Below, in pieces: positions 1 to 10,682 of a stretch of 64,000 nucleotides of DNA; position 1 is the stretch's first letter, and every line of letters starts with the position of its first letter. Origin of the DNA: Minisyncoccota bacterium. Its GTDB lineage: Bacteria; Patescibacteriota; Minisyncoccia; Phycocordibacterales; UBA9973. Where the stretch lies: contig JARLIG010000009.1 of assembly GCA_031291825.1 (NCBI GenBank), positions 136,058 through 200,057 of the forward strand, given 5' to 3'. The notes below the pieces were generated by a model that had not been told where the DNA came from, made no database searches, and was given only the letters and a program-made list of their open reading frames with translations. The position numbers were made by a program, and so were the translations under genes.

Positions 1-845
1 GAAGTGATGTTTCCAAGCAAAGATAAAATATCTTCTTGTGTATCAATCGTGAAATCATCTTTATTTGGATTGGTGATGCCATGGTCTTGCTCTAAAATAA
101 ACCCAACACGTGATTTTACAAAAGCGCTGTCGTATTGGGCATTCGCCTGGACTACGATGACATTAAAATAATTAATTCCTAAAAGTTGTGTCTGCGCGAC
201 GGTAATCGGCATCACCACTAGGTTTCCAATATCCACACCAAAGGCTCCGGTTCCTCCTTTAGCAAGAACACCGATAACTCTGAAGGAAACATTTTTCAAT
301 CGAATAACCTTATCAACTGGATTTACGTTCGGTCCAAATAATGTTTTCGCCAAATCGGGTCCGATAACTACGACGTGGTTCGCCGAGTCAACATCACTTT
401 TGGTAAAAGTCTGGCCGATAGAAACTTTTGCTAAATTACTGACCGTGAAAAAATCAGCCGTAGAACCAGTGAAGCCTTCAGTCACATCATTGTTGCCGTA
501 AACCACATCGCCCTGCCCCCGTACTTCTGGCACGGCATAATCAATTGAGGGTTCACGAGAAAGCGCATCAACATCTCTCTGTTGCAGGCTAGTGATGACG
601 ATTCCCTGCGCCGCCGCTGGCGATGAAAATTTTCCGTTAGCTGGTGCGCCTGGAATAATAATAATTAAATTCGAACCAATGCTTTCTACTTGACCCAAAA
701 TCAAGCCTTGGGCAGATTGTCCGATAGACATCAAGATAATAACCGAAGCAATGCCGATAACAATACCGAGCATTGTCAAAATAGAACGCATCTTTCCATG
801 CATCAAACTTCTTGTAGCAGTTTTAAAAGCGTCTCTAAAGAGCAT
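1..845 (-). CDS. MacB/FtsX-family ABC transporter permease (partial, runs off window start)
   Basis: Manual translation from ATG 845: [46 protein letters not shown]...; MacB-type N-terminus; directly follows the ABC ATPase. Confidence 0.9.
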   Translation of the reverse strand, partial: MLFRDAFKTATRSLMHGKMRSILTMLGIVIGIASVIILMSIGQSAQGLILGQVESIGSNLIIIIPGAPANGKFSSPAAAQGIVITSLQQRDVDALSREPSIDYAVPEVRGQGDVVYGNNDVTEGFTGSTADFFTVSNLAKVSIGQTFTKSDVDSANHVVVIGPDLAKTLFGPNVNPVDKVIRLKNVSFRVIGVLAKGGTGAFGVDIGNLVVMPITVAQTQLLGINYFNVIVVQANAQYDSAFVKSRVGFILEQDHGITNPNKDDFTIDTQEDILSLLGNIT

Positions 846-846
846 A

Positions 847-1554
847 TTATTTCAAATCGCGATGGACACGGTTGGCGATTATTTTTTTATCGCTTTCGAC
901 AACTCCATCTTTTATTCTAATAATGCGATTGGCAAATTCGGCTGTTTGTGTTTCGTGTGTCACCAATACAACTGTGCGACCTTTGTCGTGCAAAGATTCA
1001 AGTATCTCCATTACTTGTAATCCTGATTGTGAATCTAGGTTACCTGTCGGTTCATCTGCAAAAATAACATTCGGGTCGGTCACCAAGGCTCGAGCAATTG
1101 CTACTCGCTGTTTCTGCCCGCCAGAAAGTTTCGCTGCTTCAGTATAAAGTTTTTCTTCTAGCCCAACTGCTCTTACGGCTTCTTCTACTAAAGTTTGTCT
1201 TCCTTTGGGTGGAATATCAGAATACAGAAGGGGTATTTCTACGTTATCATAAACGGATAATCTAGAAAGTAAATTGAAGGATTGAAAAACGAAACCCATA
1301 TCTTTGTTTCTTACTAGAGCCAGCTCTTGGTCGGTCATATCATCAATACTTTTACCCTGAAAGGTATACGTCCCGCCAGTTGGTCGGTCTAGAAAACTTA
1401 AAATGTGCAAAAGGGTAGACTTACCCGAGCCAGAAGGTCCCATAATAGAAACAAACTCCCCTTTTTCGATTGAAAAAGTAACTCCACGCAAAGCTTGAGT
1501 AACTGTTTCTCCCTCCTCTGTATATTCTTTTTTTAAATCATGTAAATCAATCAT
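847..1554 (-). CDS. ABC transporter ATP-binding protein (MacB/LolD type)
   Basis: GPSGSGKS Walker A, LSGGQKQR signature, [14 protein letters not shown]. Confidence 0.95.
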   Translation of the reverse strand: MIDLHDLKKEYTEEGETVTQALRGVTFSIEKGEFVSIMGPSGSGKSTLLHILSFLDRPTGGTYTFQGKSIDDMTDQELALVRNKDMGFVFQSFNLLSRLSVYDNVEIPLLYSDIPPKGRQTLVEEAVRAVGLEEKLYTEAAKLSGGQKQRVAIARALVTDPNVIFADEPTGNLDSQSGLQVMEILESLHDKGRTVVLVTHETQTAEFANRIIRIKDGVVESDKKIIANRVHRDLK

Positions 1555-3095
1555 TACGACTTCAGTCCAATATTGAGAACTTGCTCTCCTTCTGTTACTC
1601 CAGAAAGTACTTCAACATTTCCTGTTTCATCTTGAATACCAAGGGTAACTGGATTTTGGACAATTTTGTTGTTAACAAGTGTCTCCACAAAAGTTCCCTG
1701 GTCATTCTGCAAAATTGCATATTGTGGAAGAATTAAAACACTCGGTTTATATTTTGTTTGTATATCAATATTTGCTGTTAATCCACTCTTTATGCGAGAA
1801 TCTGATTTGTCGAATGAAATTTTGATTAAATAACTTATTACTCCGCCAGTATCTGTTTCTGCTGGGGCAATGTAGAATACCGAGCCAGAAAACGTCTCCC
1901 CTGGAAAAGCATCTAGTGTCATTGACACTGTATCGCCTAAGTTCACTTTGCCAATATCAATCTCGGAAACACCACCATCTACTTCGTATCCAGAATCAGA
2001 CATAATGGATACAAGTGGGGTGACCGTAGAAGCGAACTGCCCTATCTTTGCATCAAATTGAGTAACCGTTCCACTAATCGGAGCAATGATTTGAGCATTT
2101 TCCAATTTGGCTTCGGCGCTTTGTACACTCGCCTGTGCTTGCTCGACTTGCGCTTGCTCTGCAGCTATATCGGTTGTGGTAGAACCCGCTTTTTTAAAAT
2201 CCAACGCAGCTTGTAATTGTGAAACTGTTAATTTTTGTGAAGAAATACTTTGAGAAATGGTATTAAGATTAGTAGTAGCAATGTTTACTTCACTGAGCGC
2301 AGTAGAAACATCCATCTTATAGGTGGCAAGAGTGGCTGCGCTTAAAGAGGGAGAACTCTGAAGTGTAGTGGAAACATTGTTTAGTAATTGCCGAACGGTC
2401 GCAAGATAAGAAATTTCATCCGTTAATAATTTTTCTAAACCAGCATTGGATGTATCAGTATTTGTTAATTCCAGAGACCATTTATTTAAAGCGGTAATTG
2501 AATAAACTTCTGCTAATTGTGCATTGGTCTGAGCTTGAGAATTAGAAGTAGCATATGAAAGATTGGCAGTGGATCCAGTGTTGTTAATAAACATTTGACT
2601 CATTTGAGTATTAACAGCATCGTTACCCTTTGCGTAAGCGTCAGTAGAAGTATCAACAATGCTGGAGTACATGTTTGCTAGGTCTTGATTTGCTTTATCA
2701 AGAGCGGTTTGTGAGACAGCAATATCGTCAGGGGTTGCGCCAGCTTCCAACCCAGCTAGCTTAGCCTGCTCTGTGTCTACGTTCGCCTGAGCTTGGTGTA
2801 GTTGAGCTGTCAGGTCGCTGGTGTCCAAATCTGCCAAAACTTGTCCAGCAGAAACTTCCTTGCCCAAAGCAGAATATACATGAGAAATGATTCCACTGCT
2901 ACCAAAAGCCAAGGAGACACTCTGGCTGGGTGTGGTATTTCCCGTCAAAGAAACTGATTCGGTGATTGGACCACTAACTACCTGAATAAACTGATATTTT
3001 GTAGTGTGGTGAAAAAGAGAGTATCCACCTACGCCAAGAAAAAGCAATGTGATGATACCTATCGTAATTTTTGAACGGATAAATTTTTTAAACAT
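1554..3095 (-). CDS. Efflux membrane fusion protein (MacA/HlyD family)
   Basis: N-terminal TM, lipoyl half-motifs, long coiled coil, IIAPISGTV, C-terminal beta-barrel; operon with ABC ATPase and permease. Confidence 0.88.
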   Translation of the reverse strand: MFKKFIRSKITIGIITLLFLGVGGYSLFHHTTKYQFIQVVSGPITESVSLTGNTTPSQSVSLAFGSSGIISHVYSALGKEVSAGQVLADLDTSDLTAQLHQAQANVDTEQAKLAGLEAGATPDDIAVSQTALDKANQDLANMYSSIVDTSTDAYAKGNDAVNTQMSQMFINNTGSTANLSYATSNSQAQTNAQLAEVYSITALNKWSLELTNTDTSNAGLEKLLTDEISYLATVRQLLNNVSTTLQSSPSLSAATLATYKMDVSTALSEVNIATTNLNTISQSISSQKLTVSQLQAALDFKKAGSTTTDIAAEQAQVEQAQASVQSAEAKLENAQIIAPISGTVTQFDAKIGQFASTVTPLVSIMSDSGYEVDGGVSEIDIGKVNLGDTVSMTLDAFPGETFSGSVFYIAPAETDTGGVISYLIKISFDKSDSRIKSGLTANIDIQTKYKPSVLILPQYAILQNDQGTFVETLVNNKIVQNPVTLGIQDETGNVEVLSGVTEGEQVLNIGLKS

Positions 3096-3137
3096 AAATT
3101 TTTTGATTTAAAATAGTTATTATAGTATAATTATAGC

Positions 3138-3632
3138 ATGGATACGGAAAATGTATCATCCCAAAAATTAAATTGGTCTGCTCTTGAGTACGAAGAAAAA
3201 GAAAGAAGTATGGATTGGTTTTGGGCACTCGGTATTATTGTGATAACCAGCTCCATCGCTGCAATAATTTTTAATGATTATTTTTTTGCAGTGTTATTGA
3301 TACTTTCTGGTTTATTACTCGGATTTTTTGCTGTTAAAAAACCGGATATGATTTCTTATGAAATGAATGACATGGGACTTAAGATAGGAAGTCGAATATA
3401 TCCTTATGAAAACATAAAATCTTTTTGGGTGCAAACTCCGCAACAAGACAAACCAAACACAAAATCACTACTTTTTATAAAATCAGAGCGTATATTTATG
3501 CCAATAATAACTGTTCCGATCACCGAAGAAATCACGGAAGAAATCCACTCTGCGTTATCTTCAAAAGGTATTGCTGAAGAAGAAATGAGGCAGCACCCGT
3601 CTGAAAAAATAATGGAGGTGCTTGGATTTTAG
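3138..3632 (+). CDS. Conserved membrane protein (two TMs plus PH-like domain; DUF5673-like)
   Basis: WSALEYEEKERSMDWFW, two TM helices, YPYENIKSFW; TATAAT 6 nt upstream of ATG. Confidence 0.7.
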   Translation: MDTENVSSQKLNWSALEYEEKERSMDWFWALGIIVITSSIAAIIFNDYFFAVLLILSGLLLGFFAVKKPDMISYEMNDMGLKIGSRIYPYENIKSFWVQTPQQDKPNTKSLLFIKSERIFMPIITVPITEEITEEIHSALSSKGIAEEEMRQHPSEKIMEVLGF

Positions 3633-3678
3633 CAGACGTTCCACACCTACAAAGCAGGTGTGGAACGTCTGCTATTTT
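3630..3678 (+). terminator. Perfect 19-bp hairpin plus T-run, probable intrinsic terminator
   Basis: TAGCAGACGTTCCACACCT-acaaagc-AGGTGTGGAACGTCTGCTA followed by TTTT. Confidence 0.7.
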
Positions 3679-3718
3679 GCTTTTTAGTAAAAAACTGCTA
3701 ATCTTCAAATGTGAGTTT

Positions 3719-3793
3719 GCCCTCATAGTTCAATGGATAGAATACGAGCTTGCGGAGTTTGTGATGTAGGTTCGATTCCTACTGAGGGCACCA
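3719..3793 (+). tRNA. tRNA-Arg(GCG)
   Basis: GCCCTCA/TGAGGGC acceptor stem, anticodon loop TT-GCG-GA, GTTCGATTC T-loop, encoded CCA. Confidence 0.93.
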
Positions 3794-3915
3794 GCACGAA
3801 ACAAGCCAATTTATTGGCTTGTTGTAGGAATCGAAAAGCTTTTACTTATTTTTTATTTATAAAAAATGTAAAAGGTCTACTGTTCCCGTAGGGAAAGATA
3901 TCCTACTGAGGGCAC
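3777..3915 (+). mobile_element. Small tRNA-associated element bounded by a 15-bp direct repeat of the tRNA 3' end
   Basis: TCCTACTGAGGGCAC at 3777-3791 and 3901-3915; internal hairpins and antisense T-arm copy at 3824-3835. Confidence 0.6.
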
Positions 3916-3952
3916 TAGTTGACTTTTTTCTATAAAGTGCTATAATAGTCGA

Positions 3953-4924
3953 ATGCTTAAGAAAATAATTAAATTATTTGGAATAACCCTTGCAACAGCT
4001 ATGTTTTTTATAGCTGTACCTTTTACGACACATGCTTATAACGCTTCAGTTACAACAGTTAACGCAACCAGCGTTACCCCCCTAAACGTCACTTTTAACG
4101 GTATTGTAAATACTGGTGGCTTGCCTGGAGCTGCATGGTTTGAATATGGAACCGACTTAAATTTTGCAAATTCTACTGCTAATAATGACATTGTTTTTAA
4201 CAGTGGTTATGATGGAAACTATTCCACAAACGTTTCTGGTCTTAGTTCAAGCACAACATATTATTTCCGTGCTGTTGCACAAAATAGTGAAGGAAGAGTC
4301 TATGGGAATGTTATGTCCTTCGCGACTGGCTTAGATCCTACTGGCTATAACAACCAGATGTCTCCGACGGCTATCACCACTTCTTTTTCAGTCTTGACTG
4401 ATACAGCAGCGCAATTTAATTCTTTGATTTTACCTGGTAATAGCAACAGTGCTAATACTTGGTTTGAATGGGGCACGACTACTCAACTTGGTAATCAAAC
4501 TTCTACGGTTGCTTTAAGCGGAGCTCCGGCAATCAGACACACTAGCACGATAACTGGGCTTGCTGGGGGTACTACATATTATTTCCGCGCTGTTACGCAA
4601 AACTCCTATGGAGTAAGTGATGGCACAATTTTGAGTTTCACAACCACTGGAAACCCACCAGTAAACTATACTTATGTTGGTGGAACAACAAGTACTACTC
4701 CCACAACCCCAACCACTCCGACAACAATCACCAGCACCGACACCACCACTCCAGTGACCACCAACACTTCTTCACTTTCCTCAATGTTGGGAGCAAATGT
4801 GTTTGGAGCTGGATCTTTTTTACCAGTAAACATTTTCGGTTGGCTTATCTTAATTATTTTTATTCTTCTTTTGATACTCTTGAGTAAACATGTCTACAAT
4901 CAATGGAAGGCGCCAACACACTAA
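3953..4924 (+). CDS. Secreted, membrane-anchored protein with two fibronectin type III-like repeats
   Basis: Signal peptide; two repeats WFE(Y/W)GT...GL..TTYYFRAV.QNS.G; Thr/Pro linker; C-terminal TM. Confidence 0.8.
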   Translation: MLKKIIKLFGITLATAMFFIAVPFTTHAYNASVTTVNATSVTPLNVTFNGIVNTGGLPGAAWFEYGTDLNFANSTANNDIVFNSGYDGNYSTNVSGLSSSTTYYFRAVAQNSEGRVYGNVMSFATGLDPTGYNNQMSPTAITTSFSVLTDTAAQFNSLILPGNSNSANTWFEWGTTTQLGNQTSTVALSGAPAIRHTSTITGLAGGTTYYFRAVTQNSYGVSDGTILSFTTTGNPPVNYTYVGGTTSTTPTTPTTPTTITSTDTTTPVTTNTSSLSSMLGANVFGAGSFLPVNIFGWLILIIFILLLILLSKHVYNQWKAPTH

Positions 4925-4987
4925 TTAGTTGATAGGGTTGATTTTGGTGGCATAAAAATTAAAAAAAAATTATGCTATATTTATACT

Positions 4988-5587
4988 ATGCAGAGCATAA
5001 AGAATGATGATTCTACGTCAACAGATGAAGAAATTATTATTTTATATAAAAAAAATCCGGAAGAAGCGTTAAAAATTATCGTGAACCGCTATACTTCTTC
5101 TATTTACAATTTTACCGCGCGCCTAGCAAACCGAAATGATGCGCCAGATATCGTTCAGGAGGTCTTTATAAAAATTTGGAAAAATATTACTTATTTTAAC
5201 CCCCTAAAAGCAAGTTTTAAGACTTGGATTTTTACCATTGCCAAAAACACAACCACTGATTTCTTAAGAAAAAGAAGAAGTCTTTTGTTTTCTGATATGC
5301 CCACCCACGCAGGCGGGGAAAAAGATGATGAAAATATAAATTCCTTTGCGGAAAATATTCCCACCGAAGAATTATTGCCTGATTTGGTTTTACAAAAGCT
5401 AGAAGACAGTAAATTTCTAAACGAGGTCCTAGATAAATTGCGCCTAGGTTATAAAGAGGTTTTGGTGCTTCACTATCAAGAAGAAATGACATTTGAGGAA
5501 ATAGGAAAAATCTTAAAAAAACCATTAAATACTGTTAAGAGTCAACACCGCAGAGCCATTATGGAACTTCGAAAAATACTTAACTAA
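4988..5587 (+). CDS. ECF RNA polymerase sigma factor (sigma-70 family)
   Basis: Region 2 DIVQEVFIKIW...FKTWIFTIAKN; region 4 EIGKILKKPLNTVKSQHRRA. Confidence 0.92.
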   Translation: MQSIKNDDSTSTDEEIIILYKKNPEEALKIIVNRYTSSIYNFTARLANRNDAPDIVQEVFIKIWKNITYFNPLKASFKTWIFTIAKNTTTDFLRKRRSLLFSDMPTHAGGEKDDENINSFAENIPTEELLPDLVLQKLEDSKFLNEVLDKLRLGYKEVLVLHYQEEMTFEEIGKILKKPLNTVKSQHRRAIMELRKILN

Positions 5588-5623
5588 CTGCACCAAAATA
5601 TTTTTTAGAACGTATAATACTGT

Positions 5624-6040
5624 ATGCAAGCTAAACTAACAAAAATATTCAAAAAAGCAAAGTACCAGCCAAGCCCAGATTTGGCTTTTTCTATTTTAAA
5701 TAAAATGGTTATACATAATAAAAATATGGCAAAGTTTAAGTTATGGATTGGCACTTTCACTGGAATTGCTTCACTCATAACACTCATACCCGTATTCCAA
5801 ACGTTGTTAACTAACTTATCGCATTCAGGTTTTTACGATTATTTTTCTCTAATTTTCTCAGACAGTGGATTAATGTTTTCTTACTGGAAAGAATTTACTT
5901 TATCGCTAGCAGAATCGTTGCCAATGACGAGCATCATTTTTACCCTGTCTCTGGTTTTCATATTCTTGTTATCATTTAGATATGTAATGAAGCAAATCAG
6001 CAGAAATCAATTTATTAGTTTTGGAACATTATCAGCTTAA
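5624..6040 (+). CDS. Membrane protein, putative anti-sigma factor
   Basis: Directly after ECF sigma; short cytoplasmic N-terminus plus TM helices. Confidence 0.55.
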   Translation: MQAKLTKIFKKAKYQPSPDLAFSILNKMVIHNKNMAKFKLWIGTFTGIASLITLIPVFQTLLTNLSHSGFYDYFSLIFSDSGLMFSYWKEFTLSLAESLPMTSIIFTLSLVFIFLLSFRYVMKQISRNQFISFGTLSA

Positions 6041-6048
6041 TAAAAAAT

Positions 6049-6549
6049 ATGAAAAATATACACGACGACCTCGTAAGGGTTTTTGAATCAAAAACTGCTT
6101 TAAAAGTTTTGTGTGGAATTGGAATAATGTTAGTTGCTCTTTTGATATTTTACGCTGGAGTCAATGTGGGGTTCCATAAGGCTTCATTCGGGCGTGCTTG
6201 GGGGGAAAATTATGAACGCAATTTTGGCTTTGGTCCCGACCACCCTCTGTTGGGCACTGATAATTTTCCTAACGCGAATGGCGCAATTGGCAAAATAATA
6301 AAAATAGAACTACCAACCATCATCGTGCAAGATAAAGACAATACAGAAAAAGTAGTTCTATTAGGTAATGACACAAAAATAGAAAAAGCGATGACCTCAA
6401 TACAGCAAAGCGATCTATCTGTGAACGACTTTGTTGTTGTGATTGGCTCACCAAACGACCAAGGACAGATAGAAGCTAAATTTATAAGAGTAATGCCGCT
6501 CGGTATGCCTGTACCACCAACACAGATGCCAGCTCCAATCCAACAATAA
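6049..6549 (+). CDS. Membrane-anchored OB-fold protein (DUF5666-like)
   Basis: TM then G.IIKI...DLSVNDFVVVIGSPNDQGQIEAKFIRV. Confidence 0.6.
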   Translation: MKNIHDDLVRVFESKTALKVLCGIGIMLVALLIFYAGVNVGFHKASFGRAWGENYERNFGFGPDHPLLGTDNFPNANGAIGKIIKIELPTIIVQDKDNTEKVVLLGNDTKIEKAMTSIQQSDLSVNDFVVVIGSPNDQGQIEAKFIRVMPLGMPVPPTQMPAPIQQ

Positions 6550-6550
6550 T

Positions 6551-8257
6551 ATGAAAAATTTTTTCAGTAAAATAAAATTATATGTGTTTACTCATAAGAT
6601 CATTAGCACCATTATCGTAGTGTTAATTGTCGGCATTGGATATTGGGGTTATGGAAAAATAACCAGCACCGGCGGAACGACTCGTTATGTATTGTCACCA
6701 GTTACTAGTGGCACGATTGTATCTTCGATCACTGACAGTGGACAAGTGTCAGCTTTAAATCAAATCAACATCACACCAACCGTTTCTGGCGCTTTAACTG
6801 AGGTAAACGTCAAACCTGGAGACCAAGTTTATGCAGGACAAACACTTTTTGTTATTGATGATACAGACGCACAAAAAACAGTCCGCGATGCGCAAATAAG
6901 TTTACAAAATGCCAACCTCGCGTTGCAAAAACTCCAACTTCAAGACTCAAACACAAACTTGAACGCTTCTCTCTCACAAGCCTATGATAATGGTTTTACT
7001 TCTGTCTCAAATGCTTTTCTAGACTTGCCTTCCATCGAGAATGGTATCAATAACATGTTTTTTGAAAGTACAAATGGAGGTACCCAACAAAATATTGATT
7101 GGTACGCTGAACAAGTTACCAGTGCGCAGACAGACCAAGCCAATCTTTACAAACAAAATTTTCTAGATGCTTACAACTTAGCCTTGACCGCTTATAACCA
7201 GAATTCTACTGATTATAAATCAATCTCCAGAACTTCCGACAATAGTACGATTGATGGTTTAATATCTGAAACTTACAGCACCACAAAACTAATTGCGGAT
7301 GAAATACAAGCTGCAAATAACTACATCGACTTTGTCGACAGTACTCTGCAACAATATAACTATAAAATTCCTACAATAATAACAACTCAATTAGCATCAC
7401 TAAATACTTATACTTCTGAAATTAATTCACACCTAAGTGACATATTAACAGCTGAAACAAATATTGCTAGTAACAAGGATGCTTTTCCAAGTAGCAACTT
7501 AGATACTCAGTCAGCACAAATTGCCATCACTCAAGCACAAAATAGCTTATCGGATGCTGAGCAGAATTTATCCTACTACCACATCAAGGCTCCTTTTGAT
7601 GGAGTCATCTCGAGTGTTCCAGTTATAGTGGGAGACAATGTCGGCTCCGGAACAACTCTGTCGACAATTATTACCTCCAAGGAATTGGCAACGGTTACAC
7701 TTAACGAAGTTGATGTTGCAAAAATAGCTCTCGGAGAAAAAGCGACTCTTACTTTTGATGCGATTCCAAACCTAACCATTGCCGGACAAGTTGTGGAGAT
7801 TGATTCTGTTGGAACCGTTTCTCAAGGAGTTGTAAATTATAATGTTCAAATAAGTTTTGATGCTACTAGTGACGATGGAGTCAAGCCTGGTATGAGTGTT
7901 AATGCAGCAATCATTACCAATGTTGCAGAAAATGTTTTGACTGTACCAAGTAGCGCGATAAAAACACAGGGCGGAGTAAGCTATGTACAGATGTTTGATA
8001 CTGCCCTACCAGCTCCACTAGCTGGAGTGCAAGGTTCTCCATCACTAGTTCCACCAAAAAACCAAACTGTAGTAACCGGTGTTTCTGATGGCACATCTAC
8101 ACAAATAGTATCTGGATTAAACTTAGGTGATGAAATTGTCACCAAAACAATCACCTCAACAACCAAAACAACTGCAACAACTACTGCCCCTAGCATTTTG
8201 AGCGGAGTAGGAGGCGGAGGAAGAGTAAGTGGAGGAGCCGTAAGAATAGGTGGATAA
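6551..8257 (+). CDS. Efflux membrane fusion protein (MacA/HlyD family)
   Basis: VNVKPGDQV, IKAPFDGVI, VKPGMSV motifs; coiled coil; Gly-rich tail. Confidence 0.88.
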   Translation: MKNFFSKIKLYVFTHKIISTIIVVLIVGIGYWGYGKITSTGGTTRYVLSPVTSGTIVSSITDSGQVSALNQINITPTVSGALTEVNVKPGDQVYAGQTLFVIDDTDAQKTVRDAQISLQNANLALQKLQLQDSNTNLNASLSQAYDNGFTSVSNAFLDLPSIENGINNMFFESTNGGTQQNIDWYAEQVTSAQTDQANLYKQNFLDAYNLALTAYNQNSTDYKSISRTSDNSTIDGLISETYSTTKLIADEIQAANNYIDFVDSTLQQYNYKIPTIITTQLASLNTYTSEINSHLSDILTAETNIASNKDAFPSSNLDTQSAQIAITQAQNSLSDAEQNLSYYHIKAPFDGVISSVPVIVGDNVGSGTTLSTIITSKELATVTLNEVDVAKIALGEKATLTFDAIPNLTIAGQVVEIDSVGTVSQGVVNYNVQISFDATSDDGVKPGMSVNAAIITNVAENVLTVPSSAIKTQGGVSYVQMFDTALPAPLAGVQGSPSLVPPKNQTVVTGVSDGTSTQIVSGLNLGDEIVTKTITSTTKTTATTTAPSILSGVGGGGRVSGGAVRIGG

Positions 8258-8966
8258 AAATATAATGATAGAAATAAAAGACATTACAAAAACATATAAA
8301 ACAGGCGACATTGAGTTCCAGGCTTTAAGGGGCATAACTTTTACCATTAAAGACGGAGAATTTGTGGCGATCATGGGACCATCCGGTTCAGGTAAATCAA
8401 CCTTGATGCATATTTTGGGAGGACTAGACAACCCAACCAGTGGAACATATTTTTTGGACGGAAAAGATGTTTCTAAATTATCTGATGATGAATTGGCAGA
8501 TATTCGAAAAGATAAAATTGGTTTCGTTTTTCAATCTTTCAACTTACTCCCCAGAACAACTGTTTTACGAAACGTGATGCTTCCACTTGTTTATGAGGGA
8601 ATAGAACCAGAAGAAAGAGAGAAGAGGGCAAAAAAAGTTCTTCTCTTGGCGGGTTTGGATGAAGGACATTTTCAAAATCTTTCCAACCAACTCTCCGGTG
8701 GACAAATCCAAAGAGTTGCCATTGCTCGTGCGCTAGTAAACGACCCATCGCTTATTTTAGCCGATGAACCGACAGGAAATCTAGATTCTAAAACTAGCGA
8801 AATTGTTCTAGGAACTTTTCAAAAATTAAATAAGGAATTGGGTCGTACAATTGTCTTAATTACTCACGAACAAGATGTTGCAGAACACGCCGACCGCATA
8901 CTCTTTATAAGAGATGGCTTGCTTAGCGAGAAAGAGCCACATATTAAAAAAATAATAAACATATGA
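8250..8966 (+). CDS. ABC transporter ATP-binding protein (MacB/LolD type)
   Basis: [26 protein letters not shown]. Confidence 0.95.
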   Translation: MDKNIMIEIKDITKTYKTGDIEFQALRGITFTIKDGEFVAIMGPSGSGKSTLMHILGGLDNPTSGTYFLDGKDVSKLSDDELADIRKDKIGFVFQSFNLLPRTTVLRNVMLPLVYEGIEPEEREKRAKKVLLLAGLDEGHFQNLSNQLSGGQIQRVAIARALVNDPSLILADEPTGNLDSKTSEIVLGTFQKLNKELGRTIVLITHEQDVAEHADRILFIRDGLLSEKEPHIKKIINI

Positions 8967-10186
8967 AAAACGCTGACTTATTACACGAAACATATTCCGC
9001 TCTATCTGCCAACAAAGCGCGCTCTGGTCTCACAATGCTTGGCATTATAATTGGTATAGCTTCAGTTATTGCTATGACTGCCATCGGCCAAGGAGCTCAA
9101 AATTCTGTATCTTCCAGTATCCAATCAATCGGAGCAAACTTATTAATGATAATGCCTGGAGCAACACGTACCTTCGGTGGACCTTCTGGTGCTCGTGGTG
9201 CAGCAAAGACTTTAACCTTGGCAGATGCTGATGATATAGCGTCTGAGGTTTCAAACGTAGCTGGAGTAACTCGCGAAGTTACCGCTCGAGAACAAGTCGT
9301 GGGAACAGGCACGAACACAAATACTACGATTACTGGTGTTGAACCTTCATATCTAACAGTTCGAAATGTTGCTGTTGATGAGGGAAATTTTATTTCTGAC
9401 CAAAATGTAACAGACGGCGATAAGGTAGCAGTCTTGGGTCCAACGGTTAGAGATACTTTATTTGGTGTTGGATCAACTGATGCCGTCGGACAAATTATTC
9501 GCATAAATGGCGCTGAATATACTGTTATCGGAACGACGGTCGCAAAAGGTGGTTCTGGTTTTAGTAATGCCGATGATATTATTTATGTTCCATATACAAC
9601 AGCGCAACGTTATCTAACTGGAGATAAATACTTAAGTGAAATCGATGTGCAAGCGGCTACTTCTGCAGAATCAACGCAAGTACAAAACGACATTACCACT
9701 CTTTTACTTTCTAACCACAACATTACTGACCCAACGAAAGCTGATTTCAATGTTCTGAACGAAACATCAATTCTAGCTACCGCCTCATCTGTCACTGGAA
9801 CTTTCACTACCCTGCTCGCAGCCGTCGCGGGAATATCACTGGTCGTCGGCGGAATCGGCATTATGAATATGATGCTCACGACCGTAACCGAACGCACCAG
9901 AGAAATCGGTTTACGTAAAGCAATCGGTGCAAAGAAAAGTGATATCAATAAACAATTTTTAATGGAAGCAATAATGCTCACCTTTATCGGTGGCTTCATT
10001 GGTGTAATACTCGGGTGGCTAATATCATTTGGGGTGACGTATTTCGGAATTTTACAAGCCTCGGTATCAATCTCTTCGATTATTCTCGCTTTCTGTGTTT
10101 CAGCTGGGATTGGAATTATTTTCGGTTATTACCCAGCGCGACGTGCAGCGCAATTAAATCCGATTGATGCATTAAGATATGAGTAA
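8963..10186 (+). CDS. MacB/FtsX-family ABC permease
   Basis: RSGLTMLGIIIGIASV; GGIGIMNMMLTTVTERTREIGLRKAIGA; YPARRAAQLNPIDALRYE. Confidence 0.95.
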   Translation: MKNADLLHETYSALSANKARSGLTMLGIIIGIASVIAMTAIGQGAQNSVSSSIQSIGANLLMIMPGATRTFGGPSGARGAAKTLTLADADDIASEVSNVAGVTREVTAREQVVGTGTNTNTTITGVEPSYLTVRNVAVDEGNFISDQNVTDGDKVAVLGPTVRDTLFGVGSTDAVGQIIRINGAEYTVIGTTVAKGGSGFSNADDIIYVPYTTAQRYLTGDKYLSEIDVQAATSAESTQVQNDITTLLLSNHNITDPTKADFNVLNETSILATASSVTGTFTTLLAAVAGISLVVGGIGIMNMMLTTVTERTREIGLRKAIGAKKSDINKQFLMEAIMLTFIGGFIGVILGWLISFGVTYFGILQASVSISSIILAFCVSAGIGIIFGYYPARRAAQLNPIDALRYE

Positions 10187-10225
10187 AAATTATTAAAAGT
10201 TATTAATTAATTTAAATAAAAATAT

Positions 10226-10678
10226 ATGAGTAAAAAAATTGTTTGGGGTGTGGTAGGAATTATTGTTTTGGTTGGAGTATTTTTGGGAGGTGCAGCTTAT
10301 GGTAAGAATCAAACAGCGGCCACAAGCACGACAGGTGCTGCAGCATATGCTGGACTAAGAGGTGGCACTAGAGGCGGAAGTTTTGGTGGAGCAACTATTG
10401 GACAAATTATTTCAAAAGATGCTACTAGTATTACCGTTCAACTTATGACTCCGGCTGGTGCGATAACTTCAACGACCCCAGTAGGTTCAAAAATAGTTTT
10501 ACTAGATAGTAGTACACCAATCACAAAAGAAGTAAGTGGAAGTATGGCTGACCTTACTGTCGGAACAAATGTTTCAGTTACTGGCACATCCAACACTGAT
10601 GGCAGTGTCAGTGCTAAATCTATTCAGATTAGACCAAACATGCCAACTGCTACAACCGCACCAAGTGTGGTACAGTAG
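10226..10678 (+). CDS. Membrane-anchored OB-fold protein (DUF5666-like), paralog of 6049-6549
   Basis: TM, then DLTVGTNVSVTGTSNTDGSVSAKSIQI. Confidence 0.6.
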   Translation: MSKKIVWGVVGIIVLVGVFLGGAAYGKNQTAATSTTGAAAYAGLRGGTRGGSFGGATIGQIISKDATSITVQLMTPAGAITSTTPVGSKIVLLDSSTPITKEVSGSMADLTVGTNVSVTGTSNTDGSVSAKSIQIRPNMPTATTAPSVVQ

Positions 10679-10682
10679 ATGA

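Noticed and set aside
4680-4770. Thr/Pro codon repeats (also 47260-47560) as DNA repeat elements
   Set aside because: Explained by low-complexity protein linkers with degenerate codons.
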